This document shows positions 42,125 to 51,720 of a DNA stretch of 64,000 bases, piece after piece. Position 1 is the stretch's first letter. Every line of letters begins with the position of its first letter. The notes beneath the pieces were generated by a model that saw only the letters and a program-made list of their open reading frames with translations, searched no databases and had not been told where the DNA came from. The translations under genes were made by a program, and so were the position numbers. This DNA is from Fusobacteriia bacterium UBA1095 (lineage in GTDB: Bacteria; Fusobacteriota; Fusobacteriia; Bac17; UBA816): the NCBI GenBank assembly GCA_002313635.1, contig DCBY01000030.1, positions 3,368 to 67,367 of the forward strand. The letters are read 5' to 3'.

Positions 42125-42640
42125 TTACAATTCTACAAAATTCACCCTATCTATACTGAGTGTTATCCGTGATGGAGATGATTCGTTATCATCATTATCA
42201 TTTGTCATTAATTTACATTCTGCAGATATTGTATTATTAGACTTCTTTAACAGAATTTCAAAATCAGATTCTTCATTTTCTTCATTTTTTATTTGTATTA
42301 ATTTATTGTTTTGGTCTAGGTTGATTAGTGATATAGAGGTACCTTCTGTGTCTCTATACAGTAAAGAGCGTTCAAAAATTGATCCCACAAGAGCTTCATC
42401 TAGGATAACACTTTCATTTGACACCTTAACTGCAGAAAAGATAATAGGGATATAAGTTTTGAAATATTGCTCTTCAATAGCGACTACTTCCATACTTTTG
42501 CCATCTTCATCAAAGTATTGTATAGTGCTGTTATCAAGATTAACATTCATCCTTTTATAACCTTCAAAAGGAAAGAAATTGTTACTGCTACTACTATTTG
42601 CAGATGAGCAAGATAGCAATATATAGAGAATAAAAAACAT
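42125..42640 (-). CDS. Orphan putative lipoprotein (paralog family C)
   Basis: Start moved to ATG after SD GAGGTG: MFFILYILLSC; NFFPFEGYK, Y.DED, EQ motifs. Confidence 0.7.
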   Translation of the reverse strand: MFFILYILLSCSSANSSSSNNFFPFEGYKRMNVNLDNSTIQYFDEDGKSMEVVAIEEQYFKTYIPIIFSAVKVSNESVILDEALVGSIFERSLLYRDTEGTSISLINLDQNNKLIQIKNEENEESDFEILLKKSNNTISAECKLMTNDNDDNESSPSRITLSIDRVNFVEL

Positions 42641-42714
42641 CCTTATCACCTCAAATAAAATATTATCTGAAAAAGGCAATAAAGCAATTTTATTTTAAAT
42701 ATCTATATATTAAC

Positions 42715-42969
42715 TTAACTTATCATGCTATATAAATCTGATGCATTCATTGAGTCTGATAACTCTTCATGAAGGTGATTAAGATTCTTCTCTTGGGCAT
42801 CTCTTAAAACCAGAATATCTCTGAGCAGATCAGCGGAAAGACCCTCTATATCTCCTTTGATAATTCTAATCTTAGCCTTGTAAGACAGCTCTACAACTGC
42901 CTTCGCCATTTTATCCAAAGATTCTATTGCTTCGTTAAGTTTTCTAATTTCTGTCAACTTATTTTTCAT
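42715..42969 (-). CDS. Small hypothetical helical protein
   Basis: MKNKLTEIRKLNEAIESLDKMAK..., SD-like AGGGGA; no recognisable family. Confidence 0.55.
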   Translation of the reverse strand: MKNKLTEIRKLNEAIESLDKMAKAVVELSYKAKIRIIKGDIEGLSADLLRDILVLRDAQEKNLNHLHEELSDSMNASDLYSMIS

Positions 42970-43082
42970 GCTGCGTATCCCCTGGAATACTTTATAGTCA
43001 TAAAATACTAGCACAAAAAACCATTTAATTGAAGCATATAATTTTGTGAATTTGTTTGGTATAATCCTTTTTAGAGGTGAAA

Positions 43083-45437
43083 ATGTATAAGTTTAAAGAG
43101 ATAGAAAGTTCTCAACAAAAAAAGTGGGAAGAGAAAAAAATTTTTAATACAGACTCTTATTCCAATAAAAAGAGATACTATGTACTTGAGATGCTGCCAT
43201 ATCCTTCAGGTGCCTTGCATATGGGGCATGTTAGAAATTATTCTATAGGTGATGTAGTTGCAAGGTACAAGAGAATGCAAGGATTTGAAGTTATGCACCC
43301 AATAGGCTGGGATTCCTTCGGATTACCAGCTGAAAATGCAGCCATAAAAAGAGGAATCAACCCAAAAGATTGGACTGATGAGAATATATCTCAAATGAAG
43401 TTACAACTGAAAAAGTTAGGTTTTTCATATGATTGGTCCAGAGAGATAAAGACATCTTCTCCAAGTTACTACAAATGGAATCAGTGGTTGTTTTGCAAAA
43501 TGATAGAAAAAGGCCTAGCTTATAGAGAAAAAGCCTTTGTGAATTGGTCAGAGAGTATGCAGACGGTGCTTGCTAACGAACAGGTAGAAGCAGCCTTTTG
43601 CAGTGGTAAGGGTGATGATATAGTGCAGAAGGAGCTTACGCAATGGTTTTTTAAAATAACAGACTATGCTGAAGAGTTGCTAAGTGGTTTAGACGAGATA
43701 GATTGGCCAGAGAATGTAAAGATAATGCAAAAGAATTGGATAGGAAGAAGTGAAGGTGTAGAACTAGAGTTGGACATACCAGGTTTTGATTCTATAAAAG
43801 CGTTTACTACAAGGCTTGATACTGCATATGGCATCACCTTTGTCTCAATATCTAAGAGTCATTGGTTTATACAGCATCTGGGTGATGAAGTAAAGAACTT
43901 TGTGAAGCAGACTGTGGAAGACAAAGATGGTGGAAGAGGTATTTTTACAGGACATTACGCTGTGAACCCATTTAATGGAGAGAGGGTTCCCATATATGTT
44001 GCAGATTACGTTCTAGACTATGGAACTAAAGCAGTTATAGGTGTTCCTGCACATGACATTAGAGATTGGGAGTTCGCGCAAAAGCACGGAATAAAAGTTA
44101 GAGAGGTTATAGTTTCTGAGGAGCTACCCAATGCAGAGAAGGGAATTTTAACAAATTCTGATGAGTTTGATGGGATGACTTCAGATAAAGCTATAGAAGC
44201 TATGCTATCCAAGATGTCTCATCTAGGCCTAGCATCCAAAAAAGTTAATTATAGATTGAAAGATTGGTTGATATCCAGGCAGCGATATTGGGGAACTCCT
44301 ATACCTATAAAATATGAAAATGGAATAGAACTTGATAGAGAACTCCCTGTTGAGCTACCTGAAGATGTTGAATTTTCAGGTAGTGGTAATCCTATAAAGA
44401 CATCTAAATCATTTGGAGATAGTAGAGAGACAGACACAATGGATACATTTGTCGATTCATCCTGGTACTACTTAAGGTACTTAGACAGCAATAACGAAAG
44501 AGAGATATTTGATGGTGAAATAGAGAAGCATTGGCCTCAGATTGATCTCTACATAGGTGGAGTAGAACATGCAGTGATGCACCTACTGTATGCTCGTTTT
44601 ATACATAGGGTTATGAGCGATTTAGGACTTACAACAAAAAAAGAGCCGTTCAAAAGGTTGCTTACTCAAGGTATGGTTCTATCCAATTCCTATTACAACA
44701 AAAGGGATAATAAATATTATTTCCCTAAGGATTTACCAGAAAATTTGGATGATTTTGACGTTAAGATGGAGAAGATGTCAAAATCCAAAAATAATGGGGT
44801 AGCTCCAGAGGAGATGGCAGACAAATATGGGGTAGATGCAGTTAGAATTTTTATACTTTTTGCTGCACCTCCAGAGAGAGACCTAGAATGGAATGAAAAA
44901 GGAATAGCAGGAGCTGCTAGGTTCTTGAATAGAGTACATCAGCTTGTAGAGGAATTTGAAGTTAAGGAGGTAGAAGAAGATAGCGAATTACTAAGAAAGC
45001 TTCACTATACAATTGACAAAGTTACAAATGTTATGGAGACTAATCTTCATTTTAATGTAGCTATTGCTGCCTTGATGGAGCTCCTTAATACAATGTATGA
45101 AAAGAGAGACTTTTTGAATTTAGATGCATTGATGGATTTCCTTAAGCTTTTAAGTCCATTCGCTCCACATATTTCTGATCACTTGCTCCAAAAATTAGGT
45201 GGTCAATTCTTCATAAAAGAGAGCTGGCCTGAGGTGGATAATAGGTATTTGAAGAGAGAAGTACTAAGTGTACCTATACAAGTTAACGGTAAGCATAGAG
45301 GAGTTATTGAAGTTAATGATAATATGGAGAAGGAACAAGTATTAACTTTAGCCAAGGAGGCTGTCTCTAAATATATAAATGGAAATATTAAAAAAGAGAT
45401 CTATGTTACAGGAAAGATCATAAATTTTGTGGTATAG
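43083..45437 (+). CDS. leuS: Leucine--tRNA ligase
   Basis: MLPYPSG.LHMGH, GWDSFGLPAENAA, DWLISRQRYWG.PIP, TDTMDTF, YIGGVEHA, KMSKS. Confidence 0.99.
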   Translation: MYKFKEIESSQQKKWEEKKIFNTDSYSNKKRYYVLEMLPYPSGALHMGHVRNYSIGDVVARYKRMQGFEVMHPIGWDSFGLPAENAAIKRGINPKDWTDENISQMKLQLKKLGFSYDWSREIKTSSPSYYKWNQWLFCKMIEKGLAYREKAFVNWSESMQTVLANEQVEAAFCSGKGDDIVQKELTQWFFKITDYAEELLSGLDEIDWPENVKIMQKNWIGRSEGVELELDIPGFDSIKAFTTRLDTAYGITFVSISKSHWFIQHLGDEVKNFVKQTVEDKDGGRGIFTGHYAVNPFNGERVPIYVADYVLDYGTKAVIGVPAHDIRDWEFAQKHGIKVREVIVSEELPNAEKGILTNSDEFDGMTSDKAIEAMLSKMSHLGLASKKVNYRLKDWLISRQRYWGTPIPIKYENGIELDRELPVELPEDVEFSGSGNPIKTSKSFGDSRETDTMDTFVDSSWYYLRYLDSNNEREIFDGEIEKHWPQIDLYIGGVEHAVMHLLYARFIHRVMSDLGLTTKKEPFKRLLTQGMVLSNSYYNKRDNKYYFPKDLPENLDDFDVKMEKMSKSKNNGVAPEEMADKYGVDAVRIFILFAAPPERDLEWNEKGIAGAARFLNRVHQLVEEFEVKEVEEDSELLRKLHYTIDKVTNVMETNLHFNVAIAALMELLNTMYEKRDFLNLDALMDFLKLLSPFAPHISDHLLQKLGGQFFIKESWPEVDNRYLKREVLSVPIQVNGKHRGVIEVNDNMEKEQVLTLAKEAVSKYINGNIKKEIYVTGKIINFVV

Positions 45438-45441
45438 ATAG

Positions 45442-45471
45442 AAAAAAGACCCTCTTTTAAAAGGGTCTTTT
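45442..45471. terminator. Bidirectional intrinsic terminator
   Basis: AAAAGACCCT...AGGGTCTTTT inverted repeat between convergent genes. Confidence 0.85.
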
Positions 45472-45476
45472 ATATC

Positions 45477-46682
45477 TTATTGTGATGATGTCATATCAAA
45501 CTCACCTTCAATTAGAAGGATTGAGTTGCCGGAGTGGTCAGGTGAAATTGATGTTGATTGAATGTGATCATTTTGATGAGTTATGACAAATGATGAAATT
45601 TCAGATATTTCATGTGTTACTCTGTTGTAAAATTCATTGACCTGAATATTTTTTGATGTCACTCCTTCATATGATGTTGAAAGAGAGTAATATACTTTTG
45701 CTTTACTGTCATCAACAAATAGTATAGATATGTTAATGTTGCCGAGATCATCTCTAAAGCTAACACTTGTATCTCTTACCTCTAGTTGAAATGTAAGGGT
45801 AGTCTCATCAAAAATTGTAGTATTTTCAAGCCCTGTTACTGTCGATAAGTCAAGATCACCTATGTCAATATTGAAATTGTTGTCTTCAAAATACTGTAGC
45901 TGCTCAGGATGCGCCGCTAAATCTGTTTCTGCTTGCGTTATAGCTAAACTTACCTTTGAAAGAAGTTTTGGCAGTATCTTCTTTACTGTTTTGTCAACAG
46001 CATTTGCACTGCCCTGCTCTAGGGTCTTGGTTCCATCGTACCTAAATACATTGAAGAGGCTCTCTCCGTAATTTGTGAATTGTGTTAAAGATGCCTCATT
46101 TCTAATTAGTTGTTTAAATTTGTTAGAGTCCACATCTTTTTGATTTTCAGGGACCAATTTAAAAATCCATCCAAGGCCACCATCAAAACTTGCCTTTACT
46201 TCAGTGTTTCCCTCATGTAAATTAGCGAAATTAACATCTTCCATACTTATGGCTAGTGTAAATTCATCTTCACTAACTCTATTAATGGTCATAGTTCTGC
46301 CATCAAAGTCAGGAATTTTCCAACTGATTGATGATGCTGAATTTTGAATTTTTGTCACATTGTAGGTTTCTCCATCTATCTCTATGGAGCTTAAGTCTTT
46401 ATTTTTAAGAAGTTTTAGAAGTCGTTCTTGCTCTTCAAACACAATACTTGCAGGATTAATGTGCTTTCTAATGCCTGTCTCTATCAAGGCTTTTCTAGTT
46501 GGACTGTTCACATTTTTTATATTCATAAAGACATTCAGATTACCATCCCCAATTGCTCTACTACCTAAGTAGGAATTTTCTGTAAGCTGAAATGACTTTC
46601 CTTCTGCATCAACTTTGTCTATGCTGAATCCAGTAGCTGCAGTACTACAGGACATCAAGATTGGTATAATTAGTGTTATCAT
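45477..46682 (-). CDS. Orphan putative lipoprotein (paralog family D)
   Basis: Start moved to ATG after GGAGG: MITLIIPILMSC; shares P.RKAL.E, PASIV..Q, INISILF.DD.KA.VYYSLS and IEGEF with 46731..47870. Confidence 0.72.
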   Translation of the reverse strand: MITLIIPILMSCSTAATGFSIDKVDAEGKSFQLTENSYLGSRAIGDGNLNVFMNIKNVNSPTRKALIETGIRKHINPASIVFEEQERLLKLLKNKDLSSIEIDGETYNVTKIQNSASSISWKIPDFDGRTMTINRVSEDEFTLAISMEDVNFANLHEGNTEVKASFDGGLGWIFKLVPENQKDVDSNKFKQLIRNEASLTQFTNYGESLFNVFRYDGTKTLEQGSANAVDKTVKKILPKLLSKVSLAITQAETDLAAHPEQLQYFEDNNFNIDIGDLDLSTVTGLENTTIFDETTLTFQLEVRDTSVSFRDDLGNINISILFVDDSKAKVYYSLSTSYEGVTSKNIQVNEFYNRVTHEISEISSFVITHQNDHIQSTSISPDHSGNSILLIEGEFDMTSSQ

Positions 46683-46730
46683 AGAGTACCTCCCACTCAT
46701 TCTGCTATTTCAATTGACAAAAAGCAAATT

Positions 46731-47870
46731 TTATCTTTCAATTTCAAATTCTCCCTCTATCATTAGCATAGACCCTTCGCTATGTTCTGAATCTCTCTCT
46801 GTGTCAGTGATGTAGCCATTACTGTGAATTACCTTAAAAGAGGCTAAGTCATCTATGCTAAGTCCGTTTTGTAATGATAAGTTATCGTAGCTGGGGGATA
46901 AGGAGTAATATACTATTGCCTTTCTGTCATCAATAAAAAGTATAGAGATATTGATAAATCCTGGTATACCTTCATCTACTGTGTGTACAAAATTGATTAC
47001 AGGTCCCATCAATGCAGCTTTCAGCTCTAAACTGTTATTGCCAAATATTTTTGTATTTGTAAGTGTAGTGTCTGCTAAATTTAAAAGGATAGTACTACTT
47101 GTTATCTTTTTATACATTGACTCATCATATGGTGGATTAGTAGTTGAATATCCCGGTAGATGCTCAGTAACACTTTTAAGGAGGGCAGGTAATATTTGTT
47201 TGATTGTGTTGTCTACAGACACAACTGCTTCAACTGCAATGTTATTAGATCCATTTTTAGTTAATATGTTAAATTTACTATCTCCTACAGGCTGAAATTG
47301 GTCTATCAGCTCGTTATTACCCATTAATACCTGAATGCTTTTTAAGATGTTGGATAACTCTTCTTCAGGGACTATCTCATGTATCCATCCCATTTTTGCT
47401 TCTATGTTAACAAAGATTGGAGCAGCATTTTCATGAAGAAAAGGTATAACATTATCAACAGATATGGAGATACCAAATTCATTCTCACCAACTTTATCTA
47501 GCTTGATAATCTTATTGTTCATTTGAGGAATTGTGTATATTGTAGATAGAGGTAGCTCTTGTTTATCTACTGTATAAAAGTTACCATCAAACTCAACAAC
47601 ATTGTCACTGTTTAGTAGCTTAACAATAAATTGCTGTTCACCAATTACTATGGAGGCGGGGTCTAGCACTTTTTTTAGTGAAGATTCTAGTAAGGCCTTT
47701 CTAATAGGGTCATCTTCCTTTACTGTGACAGAGATATTGAATTTACTGTTTATTGCTCTCTCTGTTGTCCTATCAATTATTTTCAGAGCTTTGTTACCAC
47801 TTTCCGTGATGTTGTTTGAATTAGATTTTTGAGAGCTGCAGCTTAAAATTATTAAAAGTATTTGTAACAC
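46731..47870 (-). CDS. Orphan putative lipoprotein (paralog family D)
   Basis: GTG start after AGGAGA; MLQILLIILSC; paralog of the downstream gene. Confidence 0.72.
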   Translation of the reverse strand: MLQILLIILSCSSQKSNSNNITESGNKALKIIDRTTERAINSKFNISVTVKEDDPIRKALLESSLKKVLDPASIVIGEQQFIVKLLNSDNVVEFDGNFYTVDKQELPLSTIYTIPQMNNKIIKLDKVGENEFGISISVDNVIPFLHENAAPIFVNIEAKMGWIHEIVPEEELSNILKSIQVLMGNNELIDQFQPVGDSKFNILTKNGSNNIAVEAVVSVDNTIKQILPALLKSVTEHLPGYSTTNPPYDESMYKKITSSTILLNLADTTLTNTKIFGNNSLELKAALMGPVINFVHTVDEGIPGFINISILFIDDRKAIVYYSLSPSYDNLSLQNGLSIDDLASFKVIHSNGYITDTERDSEHSEGSMLMIEGEFEIER

Positions 47871-47981
47871 TGAATCTCCTAAAGAACATTATCTCTTTAA
47901 CTATCACTTTGGAAAGAATAAAATGCAATTATTTTTATCTATATTGTAAAAAGACGCTCTATGATATAGAATTTATTAGCT

Positions 47982-49991
47982 ATGAAAAAATATTTTTTTA
48001 AATTAACAGACTATATATTAGCTTTTGTGATTCTGTATCTACTATATTTAGTGGTTCCTCTGCGCCACAATTTACTAGATTTTCACATTATAAAGTTACT
48101 TACACTTGTTTTTGGGAACCTGTGGAAGATTATGCCTCTGTTTTTGATAATGTCTTCTTTTGTAAATTCTAAAAAGAAGATATACATTATGTACTTATAC
48201 TTCATTGTTATTTCGTTAAATACTTTCTACAATGTTGTCCCAAGTCCTAAGTATGTTAGTAGCATAAGACCAGTGTTTTTGGCTTATGTGGCTCCATCTG
48301 TGTTAACTTTAATGTTCTCTTACCTCTTTTGGAAAAAGAGAGATAAGAATTATATATCAGTTGCTCTTATTTCACTATTATTTCTAGTATCCATAGCGGT
48401 GAACCACTTCTCTCTTTCTGTAGGTACTTTAAAACTTCTTAATGGAGTAATAAGGTCTCAGACAGGATTAATAGGGGTTCTTATATATAGCTCACTTATA
48501 ACATCTATAGGGTTAGCTTTTTCTGTTTATCTATTAGTAATTATGTCTATGGTTCTATCTTATCTTTTGATTAAAGAGCTTGTATCCTATGTTGTAGATA
48601 CTTTTTACAAAAAGCCAATCATACAGAAGAAGAAAAAGGTAGAGGTTAATGCTTTGGATAGAATATTTAAAGAGGTAAAGATAGATCCAGATCTTATAGA
48701 AAAAGCGAACAGGGCTGTTCAGAATAAGGTATCTTTATTAGAGAATATGCTAAAAGAGTATGGAGTTGAATCTCAAGTTGTTAATACGGTAACAGGGCCT
48801 TCAATAACAAGATTTGAATTAGCTGTAGCCAAGGGAACAAGGGTAAAGAAAGTTACTGCACTGAGTGATGATATTGCTATGAATCTTGCTGCAAAAAGTG
48901 TACGGATAGAGGCTCCTATACCTGGTAAAAGTGCAATAGGTATTGAGATACCAAATGATGTCATGATGCAAGTTCACTTCTCTTCAATCATAAAGAAGAA
49001 GAATCCAAAAAATCATTTAGAGATAGTGTTAGGTAAAAATATAGTAGGAGAAGACGTTTTAGTAGATTTAAGAAAGATGCCACATCTATTAGTAGCTGGT
49101 AGGACAGGGTCTGGTAAGAGTGTTGGTATAAATACCTTTATAGCAAGTATACTTTATACTGCCTCACCTAAAGATGTTAAGATGATAATGATAGATCCTA
49201 AAATGGTAGAGTTGATGCCTTACAACGGAATACCTCACCTATATGTACCTGTTATAACTGATCCTAAACTTGCATCAAATGCCCTTAACTGGGCTGTACA
49301 AGAGATGGAGAGAAGGTATAGACTTCTTGCAGATAGTGGAGTTAGGCACATAGATAGCTACAATAATAAAGTTGAGGAGAAGATACCTTATCTTGTGATT
49401 ATAATAGATGAGTTAGCAGATCTTATGATGGTTGCACCTGCTTCAATAGAATCTTCTATAGCAAGAATAGCCCAGAAGGCTAGAGCAGTTGGTATACATC
49501 TTGTTATAGCGACACAGAGACCATCTATAGACGTAATAACTGGTACTATAAAAGCAAATTTACCATCACGAATATCTTTCTCAGTAACTTCTCAGATAGA
49601 CTCTAGAACTATTCTGGATAAGCAAGGTGCTGAAAAGTTATTAGGTAAGGGTGATATGCTATTTTTAGAGTCTGGTAAGTCTAACTTAGTTAGAATTCAG
49701 GGTGCTTACATTTCAGATGAGGAAGTTAACAATTTTGCTCAATATCTGCGTACATCAGGTATGCCAAATTATAATAATGAGATAGTTAAAGAAGTAGAGG
49801 TAGTAGATAGAGATGCCATGTATGAAAAAGCGGTAGAGATAATAACAGATGAAGGTAGAGTATCAACAAGCTTAATTCAACGTAAGTTGAAAGTAGGCTA
49901 CTCTAGAGCTGCAAGAATAATGGACCAACTTGAAGATGCAGGAATAATAAGAATAGGTCCAGGTGGGGAGAAAGAGATAGTTGAGGATTAA
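47982..49991 (+). CDS. ftsK: DNA translocase FtsK
   Basis: N-terminal TMs; RIEAPIPGK, PHLLVAGRTGSGKS, IIDELADLMM, ATQRPS, gamma domain QRKLKVGYSRAARI. Confidence 0.98.
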   Translation: MKKYFFKLTDYILAFVILYLLYLVVPLRHNLLDFHIIKLLTLVFGNLWKIMPLFLIMSSFVNSKKKIYIMYLYFIVISLNTFYNVVPSPKYVSSIRPVFLAYVAPSVLTLMFSYLFWKKRDKNYISVALISLLFLVSIAVNHFSLSVGTLKLLNGVIRSQTGLIGVLIYSSLITSIGLAFSVYLLVIMSMVLSYLLIKELVSYVVDTFYKKPIIQKKKKVEVNALDRIFKEVKIDPDLIEKANRAVQNKVSLLENMLKEYGVESQVVNTVTGPSITRFELAVAKGTRVKKVTALSDDIAMNLAAKSVRIEAPIPGKSAIGIEIPNDVMMQVHFSSIIKKKNPKNHLEIVLGKNIVGEDVLVDLRKMPHLLVAGRTGSGKSVGINTFIASILYTASPKDVKMIMIDPKMVELMPYNGIPHLYVPVITDPKLASNALNWAVQEMERRYRLLADSGVRHIDSYNNKVEEKIPYLVIIIDELADLMMVAPASIESSIARIAQKARAVGIHLVIATQRPSIDVITGTIKANLPSRISFSVTSQIDSRTILDKQGAEKLLGKGDMLFLESGKSNLVRIQGAYISDEEVNNFAQYLRTSGMPNYNNEIVKEVEVVDRDAMYEKAVEIITDEGRVSTSLIQRKLKVGYSRAARIMDQLEDAGIIRIGPGGEKEIVED

Positions 49992-50667
49992 TAGATTTAT
50001 AGCTAGTTGTGGAGTATGTTCAAGAAGAGATGCAGACAAGCTCATAGAAGAAAATAGAGTTAAAATAAATGATAATCCAGCTCAAAAGAGTGATAAAGTT
50101 GATAATGAAGATAGTGTTTTAGTAGATGGAAAGAGAATAAATTTAGAGGAGAGTGTCTATCTTGCTTTTAATAAGCCTGCAGGGTACCTTACAGCATTGG
50201 AAGATAGTAGGTCTGCAACGATAATGGACTTGATTGATGTTCCTGAACGGGTATTTCCCTTAGGCAGACTTGATCTTAATAGTGAAGGGTTATTAATTTT
50301 AACTAATGATGGAGATATGTTCAATAGATTGATGCATCCAAGATCAGAGGTATGGAAGAAATATTATGTGACACTTAGAGATAGTATTGATCTTAGTCAA
50401 GTTGAGAAAATGAAAAAGGGAGTATTTATAAATTCACTAAATTACAAGACTAAGCCTTGCAATATAGAGGTGATTAGCGATAAAGAGCTAATTATCCAAA
50501 TATCAGAAGGTAAAAAAAGACAGATAAGAAGGATGCTTGAGAGTGTTGGTAACAGAGTAAAGTACCTCAAACGGTTGTCTGTGGGGGAGATAGAATTAGG
50601 GAATCTACCTAAAGGAGAGATAAGATATTTAACTAGTAGAGAGATATCTTATCTTAAGAGTCTATGA
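49981..50667 (+). CDS. rRNA pseudouridine synthase (RsuA/RluB family)
   Basis: S4 domain MRINRFIA..GVCSRR; GRLDLNSEGLLILTNDG; EGKKRQIRRM. Confidence 0.95.
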   Translation: MRINRFIASCGVCSRRDADKLIEENRVKINDNPAQKSDKVDNEDSVLVDGKRINLEESVYLAFNKPAGYLTALEDSRSATIMDLIDVPERVFPLGRLDLNSEGLLILTNDGDMFNRLMHPRSEVWKKYYVTLRDSIDLSQVEKMKKGVFINSLNYKTKPCNIEVISDKELIIQISEGKKRQIRRMLESVGNRVKYLKRLSVGEIELGNLPKGEIRYLTSREISYLKSL

Positions 50668-51251
50668 AATTAATATTGAAAAGAATAGATGATTTTGATA
50701 TGGACTATCTTAAGTCCAATATTTCACCAGAAAGAGTCAGAAGAGCATTAATGTTTAGGGACGAAAAGGATCAAAAAAGGCACATGCTTGGTGAGGTTGC
50801 ATTAAGGATAGCTTTGAAGGAGTTTGGACATAGAGGTAGCTTTAATTTGAGTAGAGAGCAGTTAGGAAAGCCCAAAGTAGATGTTAAAGGTTTTCATTTT
50901 AATATCTCTCACTCTGGTAAATATGTAGTACTTGCATATAGTGACACAGAGATAGGCGTAGACATAGAGATGTTAAGAGAGAGAAGAATATCATTTTATA
51001 GAGATAAATTTCATCCTGTAGAAATTGAGTACGTAGATAGCAGTGCTAATAAATTAAAGGCATTTTATGAAATATGGACTTTGAAGGAGAGTTACTTAAA
51101 AGCAATTGGTATGGGTTTAAATTGTGAATTGAACCAATTCTATATTATACCAACCAAAAGTGGGGAATATACAACCTCTTTAACTGGATTAGAAGTTTAT
51201 CAAAAATTTGGCCCAGATTATGTCATTTCTGTCTCAAAATTAATTGAATAG
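50664..51251 (+). CDS. Sfp-type 4'-phosphopantetheinyl transferase
   Basis: GKP, FNISHSG, IGVDIE, WTLKESYLKAIG.G. Confidence 0.95.
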   Translation: MKLILKRIDDFDMDYLKSNISPERVRRALMFRDEKDQKRHMLGEVALRIALKEFGHRGSFNLSREQLGKPKVDVKGFHFNISHSGKYVVLAYSDTEIGVDIEMLRERRISFYRDKFHPVEIEYVDSSANKLKAFYEIWTLKESYLKAIGMGLNCELNQFYIIPTKSGEYTTSLTGLEVYQKFGPDYVISVSKLIE

Positions 51252-51297
51252 GTGGACCAAAGATGTATAATTTAATTATCAGAGGAGGTTTGTAATA

Positions 51298-51720
51298 ATG
51301 AAATATCTTGTTGACATGTTCGGTATAGGTAGGATAAAGAAAGGTGCAGGAACTTTAGCATCACTTCTTTCTGCGGTTGTGCTATTCTATCTTAAATCAA
51401 TGCTTGGTTGGTACTTATATACATTAGCTTTTATGCTTTTTTTACCTTTTGCAATAAAGCTTTGTGGAGAAGAGTTTAAAGTCTCTGGTGATGCTCAAAG
51501 TATGGTTCTGGATGAGTTTGTTGGTATGGCCAGTGTTTTAATATTTTCTGGTAAGGTGACTATTGTCAAGGTTGCTATAGGTTTTGTTATTTTCAGAATT
51601 TTGGATATACTTAAGCCATGGCCAGTATCATACTGGGATCAAGACAAGACAGAGGTTAGTGTAGTTGCAGACGATCTGCTAGCTGGTGTAATATCAGGAG
51701 TTATAATCAGCTTTATCTAG
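51298..51720 (+). CDS. pgpA: Phosphatidylglycerophosphatase A
   Basis: G.G....AGTLAS, D...VLDEFVGM, FRILDILKPWP, VVADDLLAG. Confidence 0.9.
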   Translation: MKYLVDMFGIGRIKKGAGTLASLLSAVVLFYLKSMLGWYLYTLAFMLFLPFAIKLCGEEFKVSGDAQSMVLDEFVGMASVLIFSGKVTIVKVAIGFVIFRILDILKPWPVSYWDQDKTEVSVVADDLLAGVISGVIISFI

